The position numbers were made by a program, and so were the translations under genes. Shown here in pieces: positions 27,768 through 43,430 of a stretch of DNA of 64,000 nucleotides. The stretch is from the human T2T-CHM13v2.0 reference genome, Homo sapiens. Position 1 is the stretch's first letter. Every line of letters begins with the position of its first letter. Location of the stretch: assembly GCF_009914755.1 (NCBI RefSeq), contig NC_060936.1. The stretch is one strand, 5' to 3'. The notes under the pieces were generated by a model. It had not been told where the DNA came from and did not search any database. It saw only the letters and a program-made list of their open reading frames with translations.

Positions 27768-28290
27768 TGAGACTGTTGAATACATCAAATATCCTTGTAA
27801 AAAAACTAATAAACAAAATGAAACTAATTAGCAACTAGTTAAGGAAGTGAAACCACCACCTTGCGAGTGTCTTAGAAGGAACTTAGAAGAAGGAAGTTGG
27901 AAGTAAGGGGCTTATAGGGGCTTGTGATCTGGTTTCAAGTTTTTTAGGGGCAGATCTCTCAAGATATGGAACTGATTGCAACTGGGCAAAGTCTGGTTTG
28001 TGACATAATAGTTGAGGACTGGTAGACACTGAGAAGTGAGGATCTTAGAGCTAAATTTGATAAGTAACGTGTTTGTTAAGTGATACTTTTGCCCAAATGA
28101 ACAGACTATTGTCAGTAATAAATTGATTTGCAGGAACTTTCTGAAGCAACTATTAACGTTATTTATTGATTTATAGTCTTATGTTACCAGGGAAAGATTT
28201 CTGGCAAAAAAACGGCGGGAGGGGGGAGGGGTAAGCCATATTGCCATAGCTGCTGTCACAAATGTTGGCAAAGATCATCTTAATTCTCAA
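27768..28290 (-). mobile_element. Old ERV1-type LTR-like relic (subfamily uncertain)
   Basis: Higher-GC block with reverse-LTR-like layout (ttatagggg TATA region, ctgattg). Not matched to a specific consensus. Confidence 0.35.
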
Positions 28291-29463
28291 GAGAAGTTAA
28301 CACTGGTCTCCTGGATAGATCAACTAGCCTTTTCATCATAGCAATCTATGCAAACCTCCCTTAAGTGAAATGACACATCACTGAATGGAGATGTAAATTC
28401 AAGGTACCTCACAGAAGGTTACAGACTGCTGGACTATTTAAATCCATTTTTTCTATTCATGGTTCAAACAGAAACAACATACTTAGTTCATATTTCTAGT
28501 CAACTACATAATTTGAATGCCACTCAATTCAAGAAATATTACTTCTGCTGTCTCGTAAGCTAGTTTCTATTTATCTGGTAATATGTTGAAAGACTTGCTG
28601 TAGCCACCTTGGGAATGCATATTCCTAAGAAATACTTAAGTTCTTTCAAAAGATGAGTGAATGACTAATGTCAATTACTCATTTGTACTATCACTTCTAG
28701 AATATAAAGTTCATTGATTCCCACATGTATTGATATCACTGAGGAGTTAAAATTACAGTAACTATAACATTTGCAGCTGCATACAAGTGGTGAAGCAAGG
28801 TGTATGACGTTAATAAAATTAGAACTGTATTAGTATTACTAATGAAATTAGTAATTAGTATTAGTATTAATAAAATTAATAAGTCCTGTAGATGGGTATT
28901 TTGCCGATGATGAGTAAATATTCCCTCAGCTATCTATGTTATTTCTGGAAGGATACTTGAGAAAATATATACCCTCAAACACAAAAATTTACACATGACA
29001 ATCATGTAAGTTTTTATTTCTGACTTATGATTTTTAAAAATTGCCAACATTTTTATTACTAAAATTTTCAAATATACAAGCTAAAGGAATCTTATGCTCA
29101 AAACTTAGATTTAACAATTAACATTTTATCATATTTTCCACATCTATCTATTTTTCTATTGTCTAATGATTTGCTGAACACTTTCAGATTAAGTTTCAGA
29201 AATCATAACTCTTCATTCTTAAAATCTTAACTGTGTATCTGAAAAGAATTAGGACCCTCTCTAACTTAATCACAGTTATTATCCCATCTAGAAAAATTGC
29301 CAATTCAGTTGTATCTAATACCCAAGTCACTTTCGAATTTCAAATTAATTTTAATATTTTTTAGTAAATGAAATTCATAATTTAAGCATATTCAAACTTA
29401 GTTATTCTACAGCAACATCTCAAATGGATACATATGCATCTGAAATTGATGCCTGTGATAATG

Positions 29464-29691
29464 CAGGTTGAATATTTCTAATCCAAAAATAAAAAATCTG
29501 AAATACTCAAAAATCCAAAACTTTTTTATACTAACATGATGTCCAAAGAAAATGCTCATTGGAGCATTCTGAATTTGGGATTTTCAGATTTGGAATGTTC
29601 AACTGGTATGCAAATATTCTAAAATCTGAAGGAATTCAAAATCTAAAACACTTCTAGTCCCAAGCATTTCAGATAAGAGATACTTAGCCTA
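29464..29691 (-). mobile_element. Tigger4a (Zombi)-type MITE
   Basis: caggttgaatat...aaatgctcattggagcatt...aaacacttctagtcccaagcatttcagataagagatact. Confidence 0.85.
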
Positions 29692-30339
29692 TAGATGGTT
29701 CTGATAGGAGTTGTACAGAAAGAATTTTTGAAATATTAAACCTTTTAAGAAAATTTACTTCAAAAGTTAAATCAATGGAACACTTGCATGGTAATAAGTT
29801 ATAATTTGTACTATAATTTGCATTATACTTCATGGATAATGGAATTCTGTGACATCTTAATGTGCACTCCATTAGAGTGTATTCTAGATTCTCATTTCAA
29901 AATATTTTGTATGCCTTCCCATATGCTAATCAATCAATATCATTTCTTTTTTATTTGAGTGAATTAAAAGGAAATATCTCATTTTAGTCTATGTAACTGG
30001 GTTAATTTAAATTCAAGCTAACAGTCAGATGTCTTAGGTGTCATATTCTTTAGTAATTGACTTTTAGTCTTCTTAACTCTATCTGAGAGGTTCATGAGGA
30101 GTAATTAAGTCTTTCAATTAATTTTTCAAGATTACCTTATGTAATGTCATAGCAAATCCATATGAACAGGATAGACTCCACCCAAAATTTGCTTCTATTG
30201 TTGAGACTGATGGCCCCCGCCCCACCATCACACATATACCGAGAGTATGAAAAGGTTTCTTACTCAAATAATGGGGCTTTTTGGAAAGTGCAGGGCAGGT
30301 TTCAAAGCTGGCCTGAATATGCATTGCCAGGAGATTGCC

Positions 30340-30697
30340 TGTCTTACTTCGGCTGTTATAGCAAAATACCATAGACTGATTGGTTATCAACAACAGAGAT
30401 TTATTTCACACAGTTCTATAGGCTGGGAAGTACAAGATTAAGGGACCTGCAGATTTATTCACTGTCTGCTGAAGGTCTAATCTCTCTTACATGGAGCCTT
30501 CTGACTGTGTGCCATTTGGTGGAAGGAGCAAAGTAGTTTTCTAAGACCTCTTTTATCAGGGCACAGATTCCATTCATGAAGACTCTGTTCTCATGATCTA
30601 ATTACCTCCCAAAGGTCTCAGTTCTTAACATCATTATCTTGGGGGTTAGGTTTCAGTGCATGCATTTTAAGTGGACAAAAACATTTAGACCACAGCA
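30340..30697 (-). mobile_element. MLT1A-type MaLR solo LTR
   Basis: tgtctta...gctgttatagcaaaataccatagactg...ctcatgatctaattacctcccaaagg...aaacatttagaccacagca. Confidence 0.85.
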
Positions 30698-32056
30698 CAG
30701 GTTAAGGTTTTTATGTTGTTTAGGAGATAGATCAGGACTGAGCATTTGCACACATGGGCAGGGCCTTGTATGGTTTGGACTGCCTGCCAGTGCCACTGGA
30801 GGGGCATCCAGGCCTTCTTATTAGAATACTCAGATGGGAGATAGAAGGGAAAGAGAAAGAAGAAAGCCTTAAAAGCTATCAGCAGTCAAACATCAAAAGA
30901 TAGAGTCAGACACTTTATTGTACATAATAAGTGAATTACTTAAAGGAAGCTGATTTTTGTTATTTTCCTCTACTGTTTGCATTGTTACACAAGGTTTCAC
31001 AGCTCCTAGGGAAAGGGAACACTACTAGCTTAACATTTCCTAACTGATTTTTTAAATTTCCATCTTATATTAAAGAAAAAAGGCAAGAGGTTATTTCAAG
31101 CATATGCATTCCTTATTTTCACAAGGGACATAGAGTAAAGAAATAAAAAAACTATCACTCTATTAGTATGTACTTGTTTGTTTTAAACTCTAGTAACTTT
31201 AACCTCAGTGATTTAAATAGTATATTTTAATTCATATGAACCCCCAAACTTGTAGAAAATGTATGTGTAAACCCAACCATTAATCTCAATTAGCCTCCTT
31301 GCTATTATCATAAATATATGATATTTTCAAAGAAAAAAATGTGTTAATCTGTGGTTTGACTTGTGTTTATATGTTTTATTAGGCAATATGTCAAGGAGAC
31401 AATGTTAAATTAAAGGGAAAAAAAGATCACAGTCAATTAAGTTGATTGAGAAATAGTAGAATGTTATCCAGCTGAAATTGGCATTATCTAACCCTGTTTG
31501 TTCACATATAAGAGGCAATTCTAAGCAAATGCAATTCCTTTTGCAAAGTGCACTGACATTTTTCAGACTCTCAGGAAGAAGTCAAACACTTGCTACAGTA
31601 AGGGAGTGAGAGCACACCATACACATGTGAACCAAGATGCCATGGTCTTTGGAAGCTCATTGAAAAGTGAATACAACATCTGAAAATATCCATTAGGCAG
31701 AAGCCTGGCTTGGAAGAGCTGAGCTGAAAGAACAAGAGTAGTTTGGTTGACAGCTGTGGCAGAGGAGCCGATAGCCGAGTTCTTAGGCAAACAACTCTTT
31801 GACTTTCCAGATAATAACACAAAAATAATTTTTCATCAGGTATATGCTCCACTTCCTCTCCATTTCATACTCTTATCCTCAGCATTTTGTTGTAATATTT
31901 CATTGAAAACTGGTTTCCGGCTAAAGAAACTAGTATGGTTTTACATAGCTACCTCATACTTTTTCAAGTAGGTTTTGCAGGTACATGCACATGGAAATAA
32001 CAGGAAACTGAGATTGCACCCAGAGTGCATTCTGGGTTATCCCTTTTTCGTTGTTG

Positions 32057-32575
32057 TGTGGAGACCAGCTGGGTCGGGGAGACCCTAACCCAGCGGCACT
32101 AGAGGAATTAAAGACCAGCCTGACTTGCTGATTTTTTCTACATTAAATATAGAGGTGCAAAGTGGGAAATCAGGGGTCTCACAGCCTTCAGAGCTGAGAG
32201 ACCCAAACAGAGATTTACCCACATATTTATTAACAGCAAGCCAGTCATTAGCATTGTTTCTATAGATATTAAATTAACTAAAAGTACCCTTACGGGAAAC
32301 AAAGGGATGGGCCGAATTAAAGGAATATGTTGGGCTAGTTAACTGCAGCAGGAGCATGTCCTTAAGGCACAGATCGCTCATGCTATTATTTGTGGCTTAA
32401 GAATGCCTTTAAGCGGTTTTCCACCCTGGGCGGGCCAGGTGTTCCTTGCCCTCATTCCGGTAAACCCACAACCTTCCAGCTTGGGCTTTATGGCCATCAT
32501 GAACATGTCACAGTGCTGCAGAGATTTTGTTTATGGCCAGTTTTTGGCCAGATATTGGGGGGCTTTTTCCCAACA
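32057..32575 (-). mobile_element. MER9a solo LTR (HERV-K HML-3)
   Basis: The reverse complement begins TGTTGGGAAAAAGCCCCCCAATATCTGGCC and contains CTGCAGCACTGTGACATGTTCATGATGGCC and CCGGAATGAGGGCAAGGAACACCTGGCCCGCCCAGGG. 6-bp TSD ttgttg / ctgttg. Confidence 0.9.
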
Positions 32576-33419
32576 CTGTTGTGCTTTTTAAAACTATTCT
32601 TTAAAGAACACACATGGCTTCTAGTTTTCCATATTTGGTGCCAACAGGAAATTATTCTGTTTTATTAGCTGTGATAGTTGCAAAATTAGATAAAGCAAAA
32701 ATATATGCATTATTTTAAAATGCTATACTATAGAAGGAAATTATCTATGGTCTAGTGATTGGGAGCATAACAATAAAGTTAGAATACTTGCATTCAAATC
32801 AATATCTATCATATTACTGTATAACTTGAATAACAGTTTCTGTCTCAGTTTCTTTGACTAAACACTGAGTTCATTAGAAACTATCTCATGAATTATTGCA
32901 AGTGGGGAAAAAGCCATAATGGTATTAGAAAATGGCATGATGCCTGTCATTATTTTTATTATTCTTGTTATTAATTTAGCTTATTAGTGTAACAAGAAAC
33001 ACTGTTTGCAGTAACATTCCTATAAATTTTCAATAAACTTTACCTTTACCTTTATTGTCACCTATAATGCAGGACTCAAAGTTGTGCATAATTATGTGTT
33101 TTTTCAGGTTGTCATTACCTCCCAAGTGTCTGAATTTAGAACATTTTTGATTCCAGTAAAATGGTATTACCCTTTCTTTCAGAGCTGATCCTTTCTGATC
33201 ATCAATTCTGCTTTCTCTCTTATTCTGCACCCATAGCTGGGCTACTCTTTTTCACATCCTCAGCAGGCAGGCATCACAATGTGGGTGACATAGCTTACGG
33301 GGCAGAAATAATGCACTCTACATTCAGACAAGACCCTTAAAGCCCTCCAACAGGTCGGTCTCTTGGCTTTTCCCACTCTGTTGGCTTCATGCAGAAGAGT
33401 AAGGCAACATTGGAATTCA

Positions 33420-33612
33420 CATTTTCCATATGAAAAGAACACAAGATGGAAGTAGTTAGGGTCTTTAAATCACATCTTCAAAGAAGACTGCCCACCTATC
33501 AGAACCACTGTTTGGACTTAAACGATTGAAAAATGAACTTCACTTTTGTTTAGCCTCTGATATTTTGGAATGTAACCGTTATAGCAGCTGTTATTACCTG
33601 AACTAAAATATC
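33420..33612 (+). mobile_element. MLT1J/K-type LTR 3' fragment
   Basis: acaagatggaag...gggtctttaaatcac...ttggactt...aaatgaacttc...gttatagcagc...aactaaaata. Confidence 0.5.
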
Positions 33613-34199
33613 TCTCAAGGTAGAACAATCTATCATATGTGTACAAAATTTTAAAGCCTGGACAAATACCCAAATTATCTATAAATTGACAAAGTTTATT
33701 TTAAAAAGCTCTTATGAACTGTTATCAGTAACATAATACAAATTGTTACCCCTTTTTCATGCATTAAAACTTTATTTTTATCTAGCTAGTGACTGGAATT
33801 TTTCCTCTATTACTTCTTAAGAGTTACCAGAAGCTGACATGTAAGTGACATCTAAAGTAGAAACCATATTCTGTGAAGCATGAGTCTTTCATTAAGTTTT
33901 ATCTGTGTAGGCAAAATGGATATATGAAAATTATATGGGGCTTAGAATTAGCTAGATCTAGGTTTAAATCCTAGTGCTAATATTTTTTTCGATGCACTGT
34001 TGGGCAAGTTACCTACTGAAACTCAAGTGTATAGTTTATCTAATGGGAATAATAATAGTAACTATGCTAAAATAATAATCATAGAATTCAATACATGCTT
34101 ATATAATATATTCTTCTATACTCATAAAATATAGTATAGAAAAAAAGGAATCAATATTCACTGAGTGTACATCTCCCAGCTCACCCTACTTTCTTTCTA

Positions 34200-34640
34200 T
34201 GTTCTGACTGAGAAACGCAGAGTCACCTTGACTGCTCTGTGACCTGGCCAGCTGCCTTGTTTTCCCCAGCAGGCTTGAGCTCTAGTTGGGACCTTGGATA
34301 TTCCCAGGCACTTATGAAGCTGCTTATGTTGCTTCTAGAAAACGCAGAGACTAACCCTGTTGCTAAACATGTGGAAACTAGCCCCAGCCCTGAGCCAAAT
34401 TCCTTAACCCCCCATATAAACTGCATAACCCAACCCCTTTATTGAGGACCTACCTAGGCAGAACAACTCTTTCTTCCCCTATCTGTCATGAGAACTGCTA
34501 CAGCATTCTGGATGTAAATTCCCCTTATAGATGCTTCGAAGTTCTTCTTTCTTTGGAATTCTGAGCATCTCCCTGTCTGGACATTTGAGGTTTACCTTTT
34601 TTGCAGGGACTCCCCTGCCCCCAATTTTAGGGGCAACGGA
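34200..34640 (+). mobile_element. LTR47-type ERVL solo LTR
   Basis: ttcccaggcact...gaaactagccccagccctgagccaaattccttaacccccatataaact...cctaggcagaaca...actcccctgcc. Confidence 0.7.
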
Positions 34641-34701
34641 TTTTATTAGTCAAAACACTGAGCCTGTCCTACATGTCAGGCACTCTGCTAAGTGTCTTTA
34701 G

Positions 34702-35009
<308 letters not shown>

Positions 35010-35774
35010 CTTGGCACTCCTTATAAACCCCTAGTAGTTGATTATTTTTGTTTTCTTTATGAAAGCAGATGTTTTCCATATATTACAGAAAAAGCAAGTT
35101 TAGTGTAATAGCTAAGACATAATGATTGTGGAAAAAGCTAAAGCTGAAGGGTAAACATCAGGATGGCTATGTCTAAAAAATAGGATGAACAATAACTAAC
35201 CTCTTCAGCCTCCAGGGCTGGCACAGTTGGAAAATCCAAATCTCAGAAGTGGGACCACAAAGTGAAAGCTCAAGGAAAGATCTGAAAAGCTGTCATGGTT
35301 GTCCAACTCACCCCACTGAATAAAGCCACTCTGGCCTATATCTGCTTATCTCACATGAGTTTTCATTGGCAAACACTAACTCAGAAACATACAGCAAAGA
35401 GAATTCTAGAAAAGCAGTTCCAGCCAGTCAGCACTGGCCGCGCTGAGGCCGAACTGGCAGCAGACGATCCAGCATGCATAATTACCATTTTCTCCATAAT
35501 ACTGACAAAGAGGAGGAGGAGAAGCTACAGTAAAAACAACAAATGTGTGTCTGGCATTAACTATGTTCCAGGCACACTTGATAAAGTGGTTTACATTTAC
35601 TATCTCAATTAATTTTCACAAGTTCTCTTTCTGTTTTACATTTGAGGATTTAAAAAAGGTGAATGCGTTAGAGCCACAAGTTATTACTAAATGGCAAGGC
35701 CAAGAGTCTAGTACCCTTCTTTCTGATTTCAGAGCTTGTGTTTCAAAAAGATGAAACCAGAAATAAAATTCTTT

Positions 35775-35824
35775 TGTGTGTGTGTGTGTGTGTCTGTGTG
35801 TGTGTGTCTGTGTGCGCGCGCACA
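35775..35824. repeat. Compound (TG)n/(CG)n alternating purine-pyrimidine tract
   Basis: tgtg...tctgtg...tgcgcgcgcaca. Confidence 0.93.
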
Positions 35825-35830
35825 TGAGTC

Positions 35831-36109
35831 TTTTGTTTTATAATTTTTTAGACTCAAGTGGTACATATGCAGGTTTGTTATGTGGATATATTGCATAGTG
35901 ATAAAGTGTAGGCTTCTAATGAACTAATCACCCAAATAGTAAACATTGTACCCAATAGGTAAATTTTCAATCCTACCCCTTCCCACCCTCCCTTGCTTTA
36001 GGAGGAACCAGTGTCTATTATATCCTTCTTTATGCTCACGTGTACCCATTGTTCAGCTCCTACTTGTAAGTGAGAATATGTGGTATTTGATTTTCTGTTT
36101 CTGAGTTAC
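35831..36109 (-). mobile_element. L1PB/L1PA17-type 3' end
   Basis: ggtacatatgcaggtttgtta...atcacccaaatagtaaacattgtacccaataggt...gtaagtgagaatatgtggtatttg. Confidence 0.8.
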
Positions 36110-36357
36110 AGAAATAACATTATTATCTTTTTAATTGCAAAGTCCTGCATCACTTCTATGGTACAAAAGTTGGAGCTTTGTAAAAAAAAAATATATTTGC
36201 CAATATAAAGATAGGTGATACAGCAATACATATTGCTATAATAATGTAAAATTACTTTATATAAATAAGTTTAAAATATATAGTGTATGTGAGAGTTGGG
36301 AAAATAAGTTTTTAACAAATGCAACTAAGACATATAACTAGAACATAATAATAAAAT

Positions 36358-36731
36358 TATTAAATACTGAATTGTCCTCCTCTTCTCACTTATATGTTGA
36401 ATCCCTAACCCCTAATGTGACTGTATTTGGAGATAAGGCCTCAAGAAGGTAAATAAGGTTAAATGAGGTAATAAAGGCAGGGCTTTAATTCACTATTACT
36501 GATGTCTTTAAAAGGAAGAGACAGCAGAGATGTACACACATAGAGAGTCATGTGAAGACACAGTAAGAAGATGCTCACCTACAAGTGAAGGAGAGAGACT
36601 GTAGTAGAAACAGAGCAAGCCAACACTTTAATCTTGGACTTCCAGCATCCAGAACTGTGAGAAATAAGTTTCTGTTGTTTAAGTCACCCAGTCTGTGATG
36701 TTTTCTTACGGCAGCCCTAGCTGACTAATAT
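36358..36731 (+). mobile_element. MLT1A1/B-type MaLR solo LTR
   Basis: tatgttgaatccctaacccctaatgtgactgtatttggagataaggcc...cttggacttccagcatccagaactgtgagaaataa...gcagccctagctgactaat. Confidence 0.85.
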
Positions 36732-39488
36732 GAAGACCTTTACCTAATGTAGTGGAAAAGAGGATGAATATGTATGTGCAGTGATGTGATGGGAAGCACT
36801 TTTGATGTCACATAAAAATGAACTTTTTTAAGATAATATCTGTATTAGTCAATATTCCACTGTAGTTATTAGAAATCACTTTATCTAATTTAAGCAGAAA
36901 ATGATTTAACAGGGAAATCAGTTCCTTACAATATGCTATCAGAGGCAGGAGAAGAAGACTCAAGTCCAGGCATCAATAAATGATTTTTAAAAAATGCAAG
37001 TGAATTCTGTTTCAAATCTAGTTAGAGTAACAAGCACTAAATTTGTATTTCAGCCTGAAGCACTAATATGAACAACATTCTACAAAAGAATGACTTTCAA
37101 GATACTGGACAGAAGATGAAAGACAGTGATTCCTGAAAGATAAGAACAAACCAAATGAGCCCTATGACTGTCCCAACTTACTGCCTAGAGAGAGTTTTCA
37201 AGCCACTCTCTGGGGCAGGGAGAGATGAATCCCAGATTTGAAGAGACAGAGCTGAGCATGCAGGGAAATCAAGATAGCCATAGTTCATGAGAAAGAATAA
37301 CACAGCAAAAATTGCTGCACAGAGAGAACACTGTATAGATCTGTGAAATGTCACCACAGGTATTTCTCATAGCACTCGTCAGCCCCTTCATGTGAGAAAA
37401 CTACCCAAAGTTAAGATAGAAAAAAAAATATGAAAAGGTTAGAGAAAATGTTAACTCAAAATTAAGAATACTAACAGTTCCCATCACCCAGAGTGGAAAA
37501 ACAATATAATATACTGGATACTGGGTAAAGCACTCAGAGGCTCTTACTGCAGTAGTGGGGAAAGATTGCACTAGGCCAAAAATGACTAATTCTAAATAAC
37601 AAATACTAAAGGAATGATTCAAATGAAGAAAATATAAATACATACACAAATATCTAGCAACCAACAAGATAAATTTCACAATGTAAATGCATCTGAATCA
37701 AAATTACCAGTATGCAAAGAATCAGGAAAATATGGCCCATCATGAGGAGAAATATCAATCCATCAAAAACGACAATGGCACAGATGTTAGAATTATCAAG
37801 TAATTGCATTAAAAAATTGCTATAACTGTATTCCATGTGCTCTTACAGAAAGAAGACACATAGAATATACAGAAAGGAACCTAATAGAAATTTTACCAAT
37901 GACAATTACACTGTGAGATAAAAATGGACTTGATTAACAGCTATGTAAACATAGCAGAAAAGAAGATTAATAAACTTGAAGATGTCACAGTGGAAATGAA
38001 GCAAAATGAGGTACACAGAGGAAACAAAGTTAAAAATTAACACATCACTGAGTTGCAGGACAACTTCAAGCAGTCTACTATAGGTGTAATAAGAATTTCT
38101 GAAAAGAGCTGGAGAGGGTCAGTAAAATTAGTAGAAGAAACAATGGCTAAAATTCTTGAAGTTTATGAAAACTGTAAATATAAAGATCCAAAAAGTTCAA
38201 CAGACCTTAAGTGAATAAACATAAGGAAAATTATAGCAAGATATACCATACTGACTTATTAAAACAAAGGATAAAGGGAAAATCTTCAAAATTTGAAAAG
38301 AAAATCTCTGAAAAAAAGGCACAGTATATACAGAGAAACAATGCCAATGACAACAGATTTCTCATCGAAAACAATGTAAGTGAGAAAACAGTGAAGCAAC
38401 ATTATTTAAGTACTGAAAGAAAAAAATCAATTTAGAATGCTATACCTAGTGAAAGTATCTTTCAGAAAATAAGGGAATAAATGCTTTCTAAGATATACAG
38501 TAGTTGAAAGAATCTATCATCAGCAACTCCATACTATAAAAAATGTAAAAGAAAATTGCTTAGTCAAAAGAAAAATAGTATTAGATGGAAATACGAATGA
38601 ACACAGAAAATTATAAGCACGAAAAATGGAAACTATGAAATTAAATATGGAAAATATTTTTTACTTAAATATTTTCAAAAGATAATTGAGTAAACAAAAA
38701 TAATAAGCATGTATTGGAAGCTTTACTATAAATTTATAATTAAAGATAAAACAGCAAAAATGTTGTAGAAATAAATGGAAATACACTATTTTTAGGTTCT
38801 TAAATGATATGTATAATCATTTAATATCATATAACAGTATAATGTAACAAGACAAGGATATATACCATAAAGTTTAAAGCAACCACTAAAGTAACAAAAG
38901 TTATGTATAAGCCAAAAAATGAGACTAAATATAATCATAAGAAAATACTTAGCTAATCCAAAAGAAGTCAAAAATAGTGGAAAAAGAAACAAAAAAAAAT
39001 AGTTGAGACAAATAGAAAAGAAATAGGGAGACAATAGGATTGAATCTAACCATATCAATATTTACACAAAATGTATATGGTCCAAGTACACCATGTAAGA
39101 GATAGAGATTGTCAGATTGAATAAAAAGTGAAACATATCTATATTCTGCCCACAAGAAATGCATTTGAAATGTAGAAACAAAAACTAGTTGTATGTAAAA
39201 TGATACAAAAAATATAGCTTGTTAACAAATGTAATCAAAGGAAAGCTGGATTGGCTATATTCTTATCAGAGAAATCAGATATCAGAGTAATTGTACATAA
39301 TATTACTAGGAATAAACAGGTGATTTTATAATCATAAAGAAGTCATTTCTAAAGAAAGGCTTAATAATCCTAAATATGTGTATACCTATTAATAGGGTTT
39401 CAAAACTTTTTTGTTAAATGACAAACTGATTCTTAAACTCATGTGGAAATATAAAGGACGTAGAATAATCAAAGTAACAAAATCCTCA

Positions 39489-39781
39489 TTTTATTTTTTG
39501 AGACAGGTTCTTGCTCTGTTGCCCAGGATGGAAGGCAGAAGCATAAATCAGGCTCAATGAAACCTTCACCTCCCATATTCAAGCGATTCTCCTGCCTCAG
39601 CTGCCCGAGTAGTTGAGACTAGAGATGCCCACCATCACACTCGACTAATTTTAGTATTTTTAATAGAGACAGGGTTTTGCCATGTTGGCCAGGCTGGTCT
39701 CAAACTCCTGAGCTCAAGCAATCCACATGCCTGAGCCTACCAAAGTGCTGGGATTACAGGCGTGAGCCACTGCACCCAGCC
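39489..39781 (-). mobile_element. AluJ/old S SINE
   Basis: Diverged two-arm Alu, ctcctgagctcaagcaatcc. Confidence 0.9.
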
Positions 39782-41483
39782 CCCAATCATTCTGGATAAG
39801 AACATTTAGAGATGTAGAAATGAAAGGTAATTCTCTTAACCTGATAAACAGTATCTGTGAAAACCCTACAGCTAATATCATATTTAATGGTGACAGATTG
39901 AATGTCGTTGATCTTGTTGTGAAGATCAGCAACAAGACAAAAAGATATCTGCTTTCATTATTTCTATTCAACATATTTCTGGATGCTATAATTAATGCAA
40001 ACAGGCAAGAAAGAGAAATAAAAGCATTCAGATTAGACAGAAATAAGAGAAGGGCAAATTTTATTCGTCCTTACTCACAAATCAAATGATCTGCCTTGTA
40101 GATATCTCATGGAATCAACCAAAAACCTATAAAAATCATTAAGTGAGTTTAGTAGGTTTTTATTATACACAATCAATATACAAAGATTGATTTTATTTTG
40201 ATATACTAGCAACAATTATTGCTAACAATTATGAAATTAACAAATAACGCAATTTATAGTAGCATCAAAATTATGAAATATTTAAGGATAAATCAGAGTG
40301 ATGTGTAAGACTTGTACATAAAAACTACAAAATATGGCTAAGAGAAGTTTAAGAGATACTAAACAAATTGAGAGACACTTCATGAATATGGCGGAAGGAC
40401 AACATTTTTAAATGTCAATTCTCCTGAAAGTGATCTATAGGGGAAACCCAATCTTTATCAAAACTTATTATAGCATGCTTTTTTATTTTTGGTAGAAAAT
40501 GACAAACATATTCTTAAACTCATATGGATATGTAAAAGATATAGAATAGCCAAAATAATGTAGAAAAAGAAAAAAAATCAGAGGCACAAACTACTCAATT
40601 TCAAAACTTACTATAAAGCTATAATAATCAAAACAATGTGGCACAGCCAAAAGTTCTGAATCCTGGGTTGTACAAAGATTTCACAGATAAGACACCAAGT
40701 GCAAAATTAATTTTAAAAAAGTAATTGATAAATTTAACTTTATTAAACATTTCTACTTTTTGAACGTCTCTGTCAAAAAAGAATTAAATACAATCCACGA
40801 AGTACTGCCAAACATATCTAATAAAGTACATTATTCAGAATATGTAAGAACTCACAAAACTGAGTAAGAAAATAGTTTCTTAAATGAGCAAAAATTTGGC
40901 ACAATACTCTTTCAAGTAAAACATGTGGATTGCATATAACTACCTAAAAAGATGTGCAACATCATCAGTCATTAGAGAAATTCAAACTGAAACTAAATTG
41001 AGATCCCACTACAACTACTAGAATGGTTAGACAGTAATAGCTTAGCCAATAAAATAATAAAATGGTGGTAAGGATATGGAGTAACTGGAAGTCTCACAAA
41101 TTTTTGGTATGAATGTAAAATGGTACAATCACTTGGAAAACAGTTTAGAAGTTTCTTTAAACATTAAACATACAACTATCTTATGATTTAGCCACTCAAT
41201 TCCCAAGTATTTACTCAAGACAAATGATAGCAAAATAGTTATGCAAAGACTGGCACATAAATGCACATAACAGCTTTACTTCCAATTGCTACAAGTTGAA
41301 AATGATGCAACTGTTCATCAACAAGTGATTGGATAAGCAACCCATGGTATATCTGCCCAATGGCATACAACTCAGTGATAAAAAGGGATGAACTAATATC
41401 ATGCAGTAACATAAATGAATCTCAGAATAATTGTTTAAAAAGCCAGACAAAACACCACAAATTGTAAGTTTCCATTAGTATAC

Positions 41484-43430
<1,947 letters not shown>

